DNA of 64,000 nucleotides from Orbicella franksi (lineage: Eukaryota): positions 5,580,001 to 5,644,000 of the forward strand of contig OZ116698.1 in the NCBI GenBank assembly GCA_964199315.1. Reading direction: 5' to 3'. This document shows, piece by piece, positions 55,101-62,331 of this stretch. The notes beneath the pieces are model-generated. The model saw only the letters and a program-made list of their open reading frames with translations. It did not search any database and was not told where the DNA came from. How positions within the stretch are numbered: position 1 is the stretch's first letter; each line of letters starts with the position of its first letter. The position numbers and the translations under genes were made by a program.

Positions 55101-56743
55101 TTGGACATGGCCCCGGACAAATGGGCTGAATCATCTTACGAGGTTTGTTTCCTTTGATGTGCAGTGTACAAAGTGATTTCTTGTATTAATAAAATTTCCA
55201 CGTAATACAAGCGCCACACTACTTATCAAAACCGTATAACTTCTTTGAATTATAATCAAGTATTATATTATTTGTAAGTCGCCATTAGCCTTGCATTTGA
55301 CAGCGACCAGCTCGAACACGACTGCTACCTTGGTCACTCTGCAGATATTTTGTAATTTTCCTAAGTAAATTTTCTTTTTTCTGTTGTCCCAATGGTTAGC
55401 CGAGTAGTTATATCAAGAGACTAAGGATATGATTCCGTTTTTTGATTTCAGGTCGATAGCCCGCTGTACATGACAGTGCTGTCGCTGTTTGTGTATTCAC
55501 TGGAGCACTGGAACCAATCAAAGATCACTTTCCTTAAAAGGCTTTTCGTTACTGCGCATGCACGTCATACAAATCCCTCGGGGACGACCAAGTACGACTT
55601 ATTTTACTTTCCTGGAATTTTTTTTTTTTGATTTAATATTAAGTCCGACAGCTAGTTAATTATAAGACAGTTACGTTGCGCCGGGCCGCAGTTATTGAAT
55701 TTGAAGTGTTACTCTTGTAACACTCAATTAATAAAGCTATCTACCTATCTTGTCTGCCTTACCTCACCTGATTGGACTGCATTAACACTGGAGACATCAC
55801 ACGTGAATACTCTTTTGGTATCTCTGAGAATTATCAGTGAAAAAGAAACTAAACAACTGAATGCTCTAGCAGCCCGTACGTTAGAACTGATCTGAAACCA
55901 GTTTTCAGTGGTCGTTAAGCACTGTTACATGACACAGTTATCGTTCACAACTGACCCTTCCATCTCTGTTTTGTTAAACAGGGTCACCGATCTGACTCTA
56001 GCTGAATTCTCTGTGTACCGGCCGTATATTGTGTTTTTTGTGTTGATCGATAAACTTCACCACCTACTGAAGGTAAGTGAGTGCGATAGAGTAGCTACAT
56101 TAATCGTTATCTTTCATATTTGTATAAAATCTCACCACATCATCGTTCCCAGATGGAACGATAAGCCCCTAAGATTGAAAGTCAGTTACCTTCATTTTCA
56201 AGGTTTTATCTTAACAGTAAACACTTGGTCTATATTCTTTTTTTCTTTTACAGAAACATTTGGTTGCGGATGACAATGGCTGGCCGCAGGGAATGCTGGA
56301 TCATATTCGAAACAGTGACGAGACCGTGTTGAAGGGTTGTGACAAGGCAAGATTTTTATTTTGTTTACCGCATAATTTACCTTTCTTTCTTCTTTCTTTT
56401 GTGTACGTTCTGATGTCGTGTTTTCCTTTGCAGATTTTATCCTTTTACCAGACGGACCTTCTACCATCGGAGTCATTTTCCGAGTTGTTTGATGTAGCAG
56501 GTATGTAGTGTGTGGCATTTGTGAGTGACGGAGTAGCAATTGATTGGATTCAGTGTAAGAACGGCAGGCTTTAAATGACTGTGTGGCATTAGTGCACAAT
56601 TCCACGAACTTAGAATCCTCATATTTGAGATTTTTGACGTGTTTTTAAGCTCTTATCTTTTTTGTTTAATTACAGAAATGCTGTCTGACATCCCAGATCC
56701 GGAAAAGTTTATTACTGAGACCCTTGCCTCGCTGCCAAAGTGA
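7..56743 (+). CDS. UBR4: E3/E4 ubiquitin-protein ligase UBR4 (p600), 5'-partial, 106 coding exons in window, 5109 aa
   Basis: Hand-spliced exons: 7-248, 840-1043, 1369-1538, 1761-1909, 2240-2418, 3131-3374, 3524-3671, 4292-4464, 5234-5491, 5901-6132, 6387-6607, 6899-7144, 8160-8423, 8774-8866, 9607-9726, 10237-10463, 11263-11405, 12373-12613, 13515-13745, 14219-14424, 14619-14817, 15309-15515, 15600-15849, 16346-16564, 18342-18608, 18946-19143, 19296-19478, 20229-20540, 21009-21318, 21711-21925, 22245-22435, 23626-23839, 24392-24608, 24982-25177, 25595-25790, 26100-26379, 26617-26721, 27362-27483, 27669-27917, 28016-28307, 28672-28872, 29322-29518, 29955-30059, 30373-30489, 30602-30724, 31301-31396, 31853-31924, 32417-32494, 32825-32872, 33837-33922, 34471-34555, 35561-35639, 35944-36162, 36437-36463, 36941-37082, 37477-37621, 38130-38215, 38602-38689, 38888-39016, 39234-39298, 39781-39841, 39942-40013, 40133-40239, 40620-40758, 40978-41106, 41389-41556, 41876-42091, 42312-42494, 42774-42858, 43148-43275, 43707-44054, 44445-44485, 44774-44915, 44999-45080, 45181-45277, 45409-45485, 45691-45745, 45920-45986, 46369-46463, 46856-46914, 47287-47330, 47443-47523, 47628-47661, 48392-48445, 48608-48689, 48937-49021, 49120-49188, 49437-49613, 49867-49985, 50293-50365, 50542-50645, 51187-51298, 51779-51907, 52122-52211, 52583-52708, 52978-53049, 53474-53535, 53745-53835, 54106-54140, 54433-54627, 55058-55142, 55452-55591, 55982-56072, 56254-56346, 56434-56500, 56676-56743 (TGA). 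Phases are compatible throughout and the total is 15,330 nt. All introns are GT-AG except one GC-AG (56347-56433). Translated motifs match human UBR4 as I recall it: [92 protein letters not shown] few exon boundaries in poorly conserved N-terminal parts could be off. Confidence 0.97.
478..670 (+). mobile_element. Highly decayed copy of the tRNA-derived SINE family
   Basis: ggcctagtggtttagg...ttcaagtccc...ttgttcttgaacaagaca...ccctctctccagc...cctcccatccgaggg aligns by eye to the reverse complement of the 16641-16940 copy. Confidence 0.55.
2488..2795. other. Assembly gap (308 N) inside a UBR4 intron
   Basis: Run of n. The flanking exons (TG| at 2418 and |G at 3131) join in frame as Trp, so no hidden exon is required. 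Confidence 0.99.
4771..4979. mobile_element. MITE with short TIRs and 5-bp target-site duplication
   Basis: 5' tagggcttaaaaaaa and 3' tttttttagccctg form an imperfect inverted pair. ATGGG lies immediately on both sides (4766-4770 and 4980-4984). Confidence 0.7.
7356..7924. mobile_element. Non-autonomous piggyBac-like element (MITE)
   Basis: Perfect 14-bp TIRs CCCATTGACTCCTG / CAGGAGTCAATGGG, with TTAA on both sides (7352-7355 and 7925-7928). TTAA targets and CCC...GGG ends are piggyBac hallmarks. No transposase is encoded. Confidence 0.85.
13016..13047. repeat. Interrupted (TG)n microsatellite next to poly-T tracts
   Basis: gtgtgtgtgtgtgtctgcgtgtgtgtgtg, with long T runs nearby (about 12958-12976). 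Confidence 0.9.
13250..13277. repeat. (TTG)n microsatellite
   Basis: About 9 perfect TTG/TGT units. Confidence 0.95.
15159..15195. repeat. 37-bp hairpin flanked by a 7-bp direct repeat
   Basis: CAGAAACATATCACC-ttgaaaa-GGTGATATGCTTCTG (14 of 15 bp pair), with ACTGTAC at 15152-15158 and 15196-15202. Confidence 0.8.
15986..16297 (-). mobile_element. tRNA-derived SINE, diverged copy A
   Basis: Same family as 16641-16940 with more substitutions and small indels. The 3'-tail segment aaagtctgcatacgagc is duplicated (15986-16002 and 16011-16027). Confidence 0.9.
16346..16564 (+). CDS. UBR4: UBR4 exon encoding the UBR-box zinc finger (N-degron recognition)
   Basis: Translates to [73 protein letters not shown], with the Cys/His pattern of a UBR box. 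The exon is 219 nt, phase 0-0, with ag/gt boundaries. Confidence 0.97.
16641..16940 (-). mobile_element. tRNA-derived SINE, young copy B
   Basis: The minus strand reads gggaggtgcggtggcctcatggttag (A-box-like) ... ccgggttcgagccc (B-box). It continues with tgtgttcttgggcaagacactttactctcacagtgcctc...gtataaatggg, which resembles the CORE domain of MIR-type SINEs, and ends in a (TTACC)-like tail. Imperfect TSD: tagaccacata / tagaccata. Confidence 0.93.
17010..17378. mobile_element. Unclassified TIR element (MITE)
   Basis: TIRs GAGGCCTTCCAAAGGGT and ACCCTTGGAAGGCCTC. Flanks CTGTAT (17004-17009) and CTGTAC (17379-17384) suggest a 5-6 bp TSD. Confidence 0.75.
17506..17545 (+). ncRNA. Degenerate minimal type-I hammerhead ribozyme motif (core G12 replaced by T)
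   Basis: Stem I ATCCA/TGGAT, core CTGATGA, stem II GAGGC-agca-GCCTC, then TAAA instead of GAAA, then CGTA as palindrome-like stem III and cleavage triplet. A TATAAATA lies upstream at 17469-17476. Confidence 0.55.
17641..17838. mobile_element. Decayed MITE with poly-C tract
   Basis: 5' gtgttgttcctggacatacccatacc and 3' ggatatggatattttctggaaccacc form an imperfect inverted pair around a poly-C run. Confidence 0.5.
19296..22435 (+). CDS. UBR4: UBR4 exons 27-31, beta-propeller (WD40-like) region
   Basis: Contains [16 protein letters not shown]...[35 protein letters not shown]...VTADFVK and [24 protein letters not shown], very close to remembered human UBR4. The propeller assignment comes from recalled UBR4 structural work. 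Confidence 0.85.
20739..20822. repeat. Short decayed palindromic interspersed repeat
   Basis: ctagtctcctatgcagacactc...tcgtcatgcg...gcgtgatga...gagtctgggtagaggc shows imperfect dyad symmetry. It resembles a common coral short palindromic repeat (from recall). Confidence 0.45.
22727..23470 (+). mobile_element. 5'-truncated Penelope-like retroelement: GIY-YIG endonuclease ORF plus terminal repeat region
   Basis: The uninterrupted ORF 22754-23257 has [30 protein letters not shown]...IGKHLQNEH...FKILKKC...LIHEMLWI...KPSLN, which is the PLE-type GIY-YIG with the CxxC insert. No RT core is present. It lies in the intron between exons 22245-22435 and 23626-23839. Confidence 0.9.
23406..23446 (+). 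ncRNA. Minimal type-I hammerhead ribozyme motif of the Penelope-like element
   Basis: Stem I TAAC/GTTG; core TTGAAAA (U3-A8 covariant of CUGANGA) plus one extra T; stem II GGTG-ccaggatga-CACC; GAAA; palindromic ACGT stem III; GTC cleavage triplet at 23440-23442. Confidence 0.7.
26883..27083. mobile_element. MITE with about 52-bp TIRs
   Basis: AATAGACCTCTTTAGCTTGGGCGGTTTGTCTTCCCATTAAAGACCACATGAT versus the reverse complement of the right end, AATAGACCTCTTTAGCTTGGGCGGTTTGTTTTCCCATTGTAGACCACATGAT (3 mismatches). Confidence 0.9.
31095..31135. repeat. (AAT)n microsatellite
   Basis: About 13 perfect AAT units. Confidence 0.95.
32966..33178. mobile_element. MITE with about 35-bp imperfect TIRs
   Basis: Left end AGGGAGCTTTAGATTGGACTACGAGTGCGAGATTGA; reverse complement of the right end AGGGGACTTTAGATTTGAGTACGAGTGCGAGATCGA. 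ATT lies on both sides. A related solo right end occurs at about 34400-34448. Confidence 0.8.
33469..33700. repeat. Fragment of an abundant interspersed repeat
   Basis: aacaaattgacgtcagtttttcatgcgtctgtcctgttattgatcatgaatttcgtcataac..., with a second similar unit tcatgtgtctgtctgcttattgac. I recognise this from memory as a common coral repeat; it is not verified. Confidence 0.5.
38602..40758 (+). CDS. UBR4: UBR4 exons 58-64, DOC-like domain and following CxxC zinc-binding segment
   Basis: Contains [88 protein letters not shown]. The sequence match is direct; the domain names are from memory of the literature. Confidence 0.85.
39335..39632 (-). mobile_element. tRNA-derived SINE, young copy C, with perfect 10-bp TSD
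   Basis: Differs from copy B at about 6 positions. TGAGTATAGG is present at 39325-39334 and 39633-39642. Confidence 0.95.
52583..56743 (+). CDS. UBR4: UBR4 C-terminal E3 module (hemiRING zinc finger and UZI region)
   Basis: Contains [16 protein letters not shown] (52583-52708), [20 protein letters not shown] (53474-53535) and [27 protein letters not shown], and ends [15 protein letters not shown]. The CxxC...HxxC ligands are present. Confidence 0.9.
54826..54897 (-). mobile_element. tRNA-like head of a second SINE family (decayed)
   Basis: The minus strand reads ggcctcgtagcctggtcgacagagc...ctaatccgagggtcctgggttcgattcccatcg. It has a clear B-box and a degraded A-box, and the stems are too broken for a functional tRNA. 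Confidence 0.6.
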
Positions 56744-56912
56744 AACGCCCTGCGTCAAAGTTTGCAGACTCAGAGACAAGAATGAAGTGACTGACTCTAA
56801 CATAACTACCGAAAACATAGCGAATAGAATCGTTTTTAAGTTAAGCCATTTCCAAAAGTGGTGGTGCGAAGAAATTTAATGTAGAATAGGTGATGTAGTA
56901 CGAGAGATCACA

Positions 56913-56918
56913 ATTAAA
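56913..56918 (+). terminator. Candidate polyadenylation signal (ATTAAA) for UBR4
   Basis: ATTAAA lies 170 nt after the stop and is followed by a T-rich tract (about 56940-56970). I saw no AATAAA closer to the stop. Confidence 0.35.
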
Positions 56919-57506
56919 CGTAATTCATGAAGGTTGTAGTTTCTGCTAATTTCCTTTCTTTTATTTTGCGTTTAAAAAACTGTCTGTGGCATAAGCCTTT
57001 TGGAACTGCAGTTTCACCTTGAAAAAGTCAAAATAGTACACAATGTCGTGCCGTTTCCGCGAGTGTTTATAAAATAGGCACTGACCGTAAACAGTCGTTT
57101 CCTGCTTTCTTCAAATGCCCCCTGGAGGCGGAACTTTGAGGACGGCTCCTTGAGGCAAACGCTGCTTTTCTCTGGTGCTGCATAACAGATAAACTTAAGA
57201 CGAGAAACAGGGCTGCTGGGTCAATTTACCTGAACGTAGTGGCGGAATATGCAAATATCGAAAAAAAAAAAAGGAGCCTCAAAGGGGCAATGATCTTCCT
57301 TGTTTCCTCTGCAATTTAATCACGCCCGAGGCTAAAGCAAAAACGCCAAGAAAACCATGAAAAGAAAGTCGGGTTACAACCTACACTGAAGCTTCAAATA
57401 GCTATTAAAATAGCTCACATTTTGCTTATCAAATTGCATCTCGAAACCATTAACACTTGAATAGTTTTCTAGCTCTTGTTTGAAAATGAATTCACTTCTT
57501 ATCACA

Positions 57507-57848
57507 AGGGAGCTTAAGTAGACCACGACGTCGACGTCGACGGCAACGAGAACGTCACCAAGCGAACGGTGAATGATCAAAATAGTAGCTGTGCGCGTGC
57601 GTGATAAATTTTTGTGCATTTCTTTGCCGAGCTCTGCGTGGTCTGAGGAACGCGAACGACGACGCTAATTTTTCGTATTTTCATTTGGATTTGAACGCTG
57701 TCATTGCATATTTAGCCTAGGCAAGTTTTTGGAGCCATTGGCGTACTGAACAGATCTAGACAATTCTAATTTTGCAGGTAAAAAAAAAAAAATCAATTTT
57801 GACTAGGCATCGTCCTCGGCGTCGCCGTGGTCGTTGCTTCAGCTTCCT
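57507..57848. mobile_element. MITE with imperfect CG-rich TIRs between the two genes
   Basis: Left end AGGGAGCTTAAGTAGACCACGACGTCGACG; reverse complement of the right end AGGAAGCTGAAGCAACGACCACGGCGACG. Confidence 0.65.
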
Positions 57849-58942
57849 GTAAACGCTGTTTACCATGTACTACACCACCTGCTTTGCGAATGTTTGAAAA
57901 TATAAATTGCCAAGTAAGAGCTGTAGGTTCAACTAAAATAGAATCAGGAAACAGAATATAGTACATGGAACACAGTTTGCCGTTTTCCATATGCAGCTGT
58001 TTGGAGAAAAAAAAAGATTAAGGCGTGAGTGAAACCCGCAAGGAGTCAGCGAGGTTGATAACACTTTAAGTAGTCAAACAAAATATTAATTAACGAGATA
58101 ACCATTCTTGTTGTATAGCACAGCCGGCAACGTCAGTATAGCAAGCGTGCATCATAATATAATGACGCGCGCTCAAGACTTAAGCAAAGATATCTTCGCT
58201 TCGCGAGAAAAATTCATCTACATTAAAAATGTTTTAAAACATTTTTATTCATGCTTTTGGTTGTCCATCATCTATTTTTAATGCAGTTGGCGCCCCAAGG
58301 AACTCTAATGTTATTGTCGTGCTCTCCAAACTGGACAAAGAGGTTTTTTTTTTAGGCTTAAAACCTTTTCGATATGAGATTACAATATCCAATATGCTTT
58401 GTGTGTCAAGTTATTGAGTTACGGAGTTAATGGGTTTGTCCGCCAAACAAGCCATTAGTCTTTGTTTTATACTTTCTATCGTGTTTGAGGAAGGGTTGGT
58501 TCAAACCATACTTGACTAGGTAAATTACCTACGCTTCGATAGCACCAGGATTCGAAAAAAATACTATTTTCTTTTGGTTTTTTCATGAAACGTAGAATAA
58601 GAACGGAAGCATTTCAGAGTAGTAGTCTCTGGCAAGTTATGAAAGGTCATCACGCGTAACTATCACATTACAAGTCTTAACTTTTCGCTGAACTTGTTGG
58701 GCCGTATTCCTTCCTCTTAATTGAGGTGGATATTGAAATTTAAAATAGTGAAAAGTGGATCATTGACTAACTAAAGATTTCCAGAGACTTCAGTAACTCT
58801 GCAACGACATATACATATGTTCGTTGAAAAAAAACACCTGCTAAAGATGACGTTGTTTGTATTAAAGGGAACACTATATATTTGACGGAACCGTAGAGTG
58901 TTTTACATACGGTGCTAATGAGCGTGCTAAGCGGTACAGAAT

Positions 58943-61514
58943 ATGACTTCTTCCGAGCACTTTGAACATAAAACTTCAATTCTTTGTTTTATCCTTGTCA
59001 GCACATGTGGAATCATATTTCCATTTGGGTCTGCTTGCACCGGTAAGTTGAATTCAGTTTACTCTTCCTTCTTAGTTTCGTGGTCAAAGAAAATGGCTCG
59101 TTTTTTCGTAAACCGGTTTAATTAGTTCTGAATGTAACCCATTTAAAATTAGTGAGATTAAACGATGTTGTATTGCAACTGGGGTTATGTCCTTCAATCC
59201 CACTAGAGGTATATTGTTGACGGGATCTTTATGTTTAATCGATAAAGGGAGCTTGGTTCAGTCAAGGGCGGGAGTGGGGTTTCCATGAAAACTTTTTAAA
59301 AATGCTTAAGCGGGAACCCTTCTATCACAGTTTGGCATGAGGCCCAGGCAGCTATAGTCACTACTCATCCGGGGTAAAGGAAAGTATGACCGATGGTTTC
59401 TTCAGAGATGTTGTCGTTAGGATTTCACGCCAAAGATTTCCATGCATCAATGGCTGAATGACTTTTTGAAGTACTCAGATTCGCAGTTAGCAAATCAAAG
59501 GCCGTGTCTACTGTCCAGATATCCAGCGATATCAATGCATTGACCAAATATGGCCGGCTTTATGACCGAAATGCCTAATCGTACCTTTCTAGTAGGCCTA
59601 AGCCGTGTAAAAGGCTGGTTTGATCTCGCAATAGGTATTTTGGCTCGAGAAAAACATGGCTGAAGCAAAGTCACCTGATATGTAGGTAGCAGGGAACTTA
59701 TATTGATGATATCATAGCTACGGTCAGTACAACCAATAAGAAGATGAGTTCTATGATTATCAAGACGTGCCAATATAAAATTCTTGGAATCTTACACAGG
59801 CGACGAATGCCGCATGATTATATTCAAGGAACCAATAGAAAACAAGGCCATGAGAGGTCACGCGATCAGAAGTGCGGAAGTCCATAATCAAGGGAGCTGT
59901 CGTGTGATGTGTTATATGGACCCCAACTGTGTCTCCATTAATTTTGGACCCTCTGAAAACGGAAGATACAGATGCGAGTTGAATAGCGCCAGTGATGACG
60001 ATCAATTGTCATTCCTTGAGCATAAAGACACTTACACTTTCCTAGCCATCGAGGTAAACCTTTTTAATGATGAAGTTATGTTTGGGTAGTGTAGATAAAT
60101 GTCTTCATCAGAGTAAATCATGCATGATTCTGGTCAATAGCTCTTTTCCGAGTTGATCTAAGCCTCTCCATCAAAGCCAGGCCTGGCGCACAGTCATTCA
60201 TAAGACCAGGAATTTAATTCAGTGCATGTGATTGAAGTTTCATTTTCACATGAGAGGATGGGCACCAAGACTAGCTTTGAAAAAGAGGTTAAAAATGATT
60301 CAGAAATGGTGTATTGAAGAGGCGGATCTAACGATCTTACTGAGGGATTCACGGGCCCTTCGCCCTATTATCCTTTTATCAAACTGACTCCAAGTGTGTA
60401 AAAAATAACTGTTAAATAATTACGACTACAATTTTTTAATCTTAGAAAATTTCGTTCGAACTTCCAACTTTATGATTAGCTTTCTCTTTCAACAGAATCT
60501 TTGTAGTAGCAGCCCATGTTTAAACGGAGGTATTTGTCAAGTTGGATTCACCAGTAAAGGTTATCGTTGCATCTGTCGCACTGGATTCCCGGGAACAAAC
60601 TGCTGTCCAGGTATTATTACTCTTCTTTCTATCCCGTTTTATTGGCTTGTTTATGAAACATGTTCCTTTTAATTGTTTAAAACCGATCGAATATCGCTTG
60701 TCCTGTTGTTTTCCTTTGTCATTTCTTATCGTTGAGATAAGTAGCATTAGCGTGTTTATCTTTTCAAACTATTTGATTCTTTCGTTTGGAATCATTAAAT
60801 TTCAAATGCTTTAAAACAGTCAAATAATAATAGCAATTTCTACGAATTACTTGAGACCTTAAAAACCTTTTCTTTTTCCCATCGTTAGGAAGGTCTTGTA
60901 GCGACTTGAAGAAGCTCGACCCAGCATTAAAAAGCGGCACTTACGTCATTGATCCTGACGGCAAAGGAGGTTTGCCACCTTTATATGACGTTACCTGTGA
61001 CATGACTGACAAGAATGGAGTTGGCGTGACCGTCATAAGTCACGACAGTGAAAACAGAACGCTGGTGGATGGATGCGAACCTCCAGGTTGTTACAAACGT
61101 GACATTAACTACACAGAAGCAAGTCTTCCGCAGCTGGCAAAGCTCGCTAGAGTTTCCACACGCTGTGAACAGTTCATCAAGTATGAATGCCTAAACTCTC
61201 AACTGTTTAAAAATGAATCGAACAAAGTAATCGGATGGTGGGTGTCACGCAATGGCGATGCTATGAATTACTGGGGCGGAGCATCACCTGGTAATGGGAA
61301 GCAGATTTGCGCATGCGGGATGAATAATTCCTGCGCACGCACCGGCCTTGTTTGTAACTGTGATAAGAATGACAATGAGTGGCGAGAGGACAGCGGTCTC
61401 CTCACTGACAAGACCCATCTTCCAGTTAAACAGCTGAGGTTTGGAGATACTGGAGGCGACCCCGAGAAAGGTTACCATACATTGGGAAAGTTCAAGTGCT
61501 ATGGAATTGCCTGA
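58943..61514 (+). CDS. Secreted PAN/Apple-like + EGF + CASPR/neurexin-IV-type fibrinogen-like domain protein, 4 exons, about 364 aa
   Basis: Exons: 58943-59042 ([33 protein letters not shown], hydrophobic signal-like, phase-1 donor G|GTAAGT); 59800-60053 (DECR...[16 protein letters not shown]...CELN, PAN-like); 60496-60610 ([39 protein letters not shown]); 60889-61514 (RSCSDLK...[10 protein letters not shown]...VTCDM...VISHDSE...CEQFIKYEC...GWWVSR...YWGGA...CACG...CNCD...DSGLL...LPV..LRFGD...HTLGKFKC*). Phases are compatible and the total is 1095 nt. No transmembrane segment is seen. The first exon is the least certain. Confidence 0.85.
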
Positions 61515-61928
61515 TTGTATACAGAATTCCATTATATTTTTCATCCAGCCTCTTTCTTAGTGCCTTTGCTCCCAACTGGTCAGCTAGCTTGTTAAATTGG
61601 GAAAATCTTTGCTGTTGTGAAAAAAAGTCACCGGACGATTAACCAGGGAAGTTTTAAATAAGTAAAATTTGGTGTTTGTGATGGCATAAAATTCTTGGGG
61701 GCTGACACGTTTGCATATTAGTCCTTAAAACATTTGCAAGTGCTTATTTATTCCACATTGTACGAGATTAATTATGTGATTACTTTTTAATAATATACTT
61801 GAAAATGGACTATTAAGAATGGCTGACTGTTAGGATCGAGAAACGCCGGTCAACGACCCATTTGGCAAATCGCTCATATTTTGCCCAGAGATACCCTTAG
61901 GTGACCTAATTCTAAAAATCATATTTAA

Positions 61929-62331
61929 AGGTTCCAGCGAATTTTTATTTTTCAGAAATTCGCAACAATTTGAAAGCGCGGTCAAAGTGCGGTTTTTCGT
62001 GTAATAAAATGACAGAAATAAGGTGCGAGAACGAAGCGCTGCTTAAGTCTTAAAATAGTTTCAATTGACTTCAAACTTCACACAAATGTGGAACAACCAC
62101 TCTGATTTATTCCTCGTTTTAAACTAATCTCAGAGATGTTGATATAGTGGTTTTCCGAATCATTTTAAAAACACCTATGAAGCGTGTGAAAAATAACGGC
62201 AAAATATAGGTCATGTTTAACAGCATCAAAATGCATCTGGTACCTCACTTTCCGATTATTTTACTTTACAGCCTTAAAATATCATTATTAAACCATGCCA
62301 AGTTTCATGCTCGAACTCGCATTATTTCCCT
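61929..62331. mobile_element. Possible Kolobok-like non-autonomous element
   Basis: Begins ttaa|AGG and ends CCT|ttga (one mismatch to a TTAA TSD). The TIR is only about 3 bp by eye, so support is weak. Confidence 0.3.

Noticed and set aside
249-56675. U12-type (minor) introns in UBR4
   Set aside because: None of the donors I assigned has the GTATCCTT or ATATCCTT consensus.
58875-58882. TATA box for the downstream gene
   Set aside because: TATATATT in AT-rich DNA is not distinctive, and the transcription start is unknown.
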